A DNA stretch of 64,000 nucleotides from a virus (taxonomy: Duplodnaviria; Caudoviricetes): IMG/VR virus record IMGVR_UViG_3300037418_002116; one strand, given 5' to 3'. Within the stretch, counting starts at the first letter, position 1. Each line of letters begins with the position of its first letter. The position numbers and the translations under genes are program-made. This document shows positions 61,971 to 64,000 of this stretch, piece after piece. The notes below the pieces were generated by a model. It worked only from the letters and a program-made list of their open reading frames with translations. It made no database searches and was not told where the DNA came from.

Positions 61971-62359
61971 TGCGTGTAGTCAGTGAGGAAGAGTTCTCTC
62001 AAACGCTTAGGGAACAGCTTTCAGACGATTCTTTTGATGAATTTGGTGTGGTGACCGGGCCGGGACGTTCCGGCGCTGTAGCAGCCGTGTATGCCTCGCA
62101 TTTCCTGCATATTCCATTCATCCCATACGGTGCCAATGCTCCCGTCCATCTTGGCCGATTGCTGATTATCGATACCGCTGAACAGACCGGCAAAACAATC
62201 CGCAAAGCATCACGTCGATATGAAAATGTGCCTCATTCCGTGCACACGCTTTACAAAGAGCCGCCAAGAGTTTGCTTTTGGTATGAAGCTCCAAAGCCAC
62301 AACATTATAAACACGAAAGATTAAATGAACAGCCTACCGAACATTCTGACCAAGGATAG
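61970..62359 (+). CDS. Type I phosphoribosyltransferase-fold protein
   Basis: VVTGPGRSGAVAAVYASH..LLIIDTAEQTGKTI (degenerate PRPP loop). Confidence 0.6.
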   Translation: MRVVSEEEFSQTLREQLSDDSFDEFGVVTGPGRSGAVAAVYASHFLHIPFIPYGANAPVHLGRLLIIDTAEQTGKTIRKASRRYENVPHSVHTLYKEPPRVCFWYEAPKPQHYKHERLNEQPTEHSDQG

Positions 62360-62561
62360 TTTTTCGAAGGAAGTTGAAAAATTTGTTCTGGAAACCGGTT
62401 CCGATTACATGGATGCCGTATTGCATATCTGTCAAGTGAGAGATATCGAGCCCGAGACAGCCGCCAAGCTTATAAACGCCAATGTCAAAGGTATGATCGA
62501 AAAGGAAGCCAGCGATCTAAACCTTTTGGAAGAGAAACCACAATCACTGGAATTTGAATGA
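62325..62561 (+). CDS. 33: Late transcription coactivator (gp33)
   Basis: FSKEVEK..YMDAVLH..EPETAAKLI..IEKEA..LNLL. Confidence 0.88.
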   Translation: MNSLPNILTKDSFSKEVEKFVLETGSDYMDAVLHICQVRDIEPETAAKLINANVKGMIEKEASDLNLLEEKPQSLEFE

Positions 62562-63163
62562 TTTCTCCCGAGCGAACGAAACAGATTTTTGTTGCTCTTC
62601 GTTTGCACTTCACCGGCTCATACGACTACATCAAATATCAAGGCAAGACTCGGACCGGACTAAAGCCAGCGGAAACATGGGCAGTCGAAAAGATCGCCTT
62701 CAAATTCCAGAACGAAGAAGCTATTAAAGATTTCTTTGTCGCCAATATGATCGACGGTTTTGTGAAGACCGGAAAAATAGGCTCATTCATCAATGCCTAT
62801 GCCAACAAAGATGCGACAGAAATTTATGAAAAATCGACAAATTGGTATAACGCCTCATACAATCTGACTTCGGATTTGAACAAGTTCGATGGTCTGAAAG
62901 ATTTGACCGTCTGTGTCGATGGCAATCATCCAAAAATTTTCCAAGCGGTTTTGGAAAATGAAATTTCGATTTTCACCATGGCTTGTGTGATGCTATTTTT
63001 AGGTGATCGAATTGTCGATTACTGGACTAAAAATTGTGATGATACAGTATTGTTTGGGGACTATATTCGATTTTTGAAGAAATATGTCCCGCTCATACCA
63101 AAAGATAATGAAAAGATAAAAGAAGCAATCAGTAGTTACAACTATAAACATAGGAATATATGA
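62558..63163 (+). CDS. 59: Helicase loader (gp59)
   Basis: FVALRLHFT.SYDYIKYQGK; DFFVAN; synteny 33-59-32. Confidence 0.88.
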   Translation: MISPERTKQIFVALRLHFTGSYDYIKYQGKTRTGLKPAETWAVEKIAFKFQNEEAIKDFFVANMIDGFVKTGKIGSFINAYANKDATEIYEKSTNWYNASYNLTSDLNKFDGLKDLTVCVDGNHPKIFQAVLENEISIFTMACVMLFLGDRIVDYWTKNCDDTVLFGDYIRFLKKYVPLIPKDNEKIKEAISSYNYKHRNI

Positions 63164-63429
63164 GAAAATCAAGAATTGAACGCCGTAACGAATGGCGTCT
63201 CGAAAATCGTAAGACCAATGGTGAATCGAACAAACCATGGATTTCGACTGTAGACCCACGCTATGAGCCGGTCGTTGTCAAGAGCAAGACATATGAAGCC
63301 AATGGCAAGCGTGAAGTTGCCCGCCGTCTAAAAGCACCAAAGGTCGTGCTGGATTACGAGATTGTCGGTGTATCTCCAATGAAGGCACCAAGTGGAGAAA
63401 TTTCTGCTTTGCGGGAAAAATTCTCATGA
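63160..63429 (+). CDS. Hypothetical basic protein
   Basis: 89 aa. Confidence 0.55.
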   Translation: MRKSRIERRNEWRLENRKTNGESNKPWISTVDPRYEPVVVKSKTYEANGKREVARRLKAPKVVLDYEIVGVSPMKAPSGEISALREKFS

Positions 63430-63764
63430 ACCTGAACGAATACGCTGAAATGTGTCATAAGGCGAATGCCAAGTGGTGGCCAGAAGACGTTCGAACCCGC
63501 AACAAGGGTGAAGCGATTGCGCTCATGCATTCCGAGCTTTCAGAAGCCTTGGAAGGTGAACGCAAGAACCTCATGGATGACAAGCTCCCGCACCGTAAAT
63601 GTGCCGAAGTCGAGTTTGCCGACACACTCATTCGAATTTTCGATTATTGCCACGCCTTCGGCTATGATTTGGAAGGTGCTTTTCAAGAGAAGATGGCATA
63701 CAACGCCATTCGGGAAGATCACAAACTAGAACAGAGAATGAAAGAAAACGGAAAGAAATTTTAA
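63426..63764 (+). CDS. MazG-like nucleotide pyrophosphohydrolase
   Basis: ALMHSELSEALEGERK..EVEFADTLIRIFD..KMAYNAIR. Confidence 0.85.
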   Translation: MNLNEYAEMCHKANAKWWPEDVRTRNKGEAIALMHSELSEALEGERKNLMDDKLPHRKCAEVEFADTLIRIFDYCHAFGYDLEGAFQEKMAYNAIREDHKLEQRMKENGKKF

Positions 63765-63770
63765 AATTTC

Positions 63771-63801
63771 TTGACTTTTCACTGTTCTTCTGGTATAAAT
63801 A
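63771..63801 (+). promoter_or_regulatory. Overlapping sigma70-type and late promoters for gp32
   Basis: TTGACT-N17-TATAAA; the -10 box is part of TATAAATA (63794-63801). Confidence 0.75.
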
Positions 63802-63902
63802 AAAGATATTATGTCTAGTGTGGTTAAGAAAAAGATATCAACAATACGTCAAAATTATTATGGATAACGTGGATATGACAAAATATAGGATAATAAGAAA
63901 AT

Positions 63903-64000
63903 ATGTCACTATCCCTTTCGGACTTGAAAAAGTCCTCGAAATCCCGTCTCGATAACCTAATCACAAAATCCCAAGCAAATTCCGAACAAGGCGCTAAAGA
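63903..64000 (+). CDS. 32: Single-stranded DNA-binding protein (gp32), 5' fragment
   Basis: MSLSLSDLKKSSKSRLDNL resembles gp32 N-termini; position after 33/59; AT-rich leader. Confidence 0.65.
   Translation, partial: MSLSLSDLKKSSKSRLDNLITKSQANSEQGAK

Noticed and set aside
63802-63902. T4-like gp32 autoregulatory pseudoknot
   Set aside because: The leader is AT-rich as expected, but only short ambiguous pairings could be found by eye
1-64000. CRISPR array, integrase, transposase, rRNA, group I intron or intein
   Set aside because: No regularly spaced repeats or diagnostic motifs were seen by eye, and core genes have normal lengths
1-64000. Stop-codon reassignment
   Set aside because: Core genes read through intact in the standard code, and TAA, TAG and TGA all end genes at expected positions

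Overview
64 kb slice of a lytic T4-superfamily myovirus genome with a cyanophage/phiM12-like gene repertoire. The host is probably a rhizobial alphaproteobacterium (Hyphomicrobiales), inferred from an Omp25/RopB-type porin, an ExsH-like GH16 glycanase, a BrnA-type antitoxin, an alphaproteobacterial-type tmRNA and TTGAC-N18-TATAT promoters. The minus strand carries thyX (partial), primase gp61, a lysis cassette, putative internal head proteins, an Acb1/gp57B-like 2H phosphoesterase, a three-gene nucleotidyl-transfer module, and the core T4-like replication, recombination, late-transcription and head-tail genes (gp41, uvsX, gp43, regA, gp62/44/45, gp46/47/55, uvsW/uvsY, gp3, gp18-gp23), plus MoxR/vWA, peptide deformylase and Thg1. 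Plus-strand islands hold small early genes, three of the four tRNAs, gp33, gp59 and the start of gp32. The most unusual items lie outside the ORF track: (1) a circularly permuted two-piece tmRNA (~60868-61195); (2) a promoter- and terminator-flanked circularly permuted tRNA-like RNA resembling YrlA Y RNAs (34458-34544); (3) apparent ATT/ATA start codons for DNA polymerase, UvsW and the gene after uvsW; (4) further structured RNA candidates. With Thg1, a cyclic-phosphate receiver, a 2H enzyme and a ligase-like protein, these suggest an RNA-repair and ribosome-rescue toolkit. All family assignments come from motif recognition by eye; no searches or folding programs were run.
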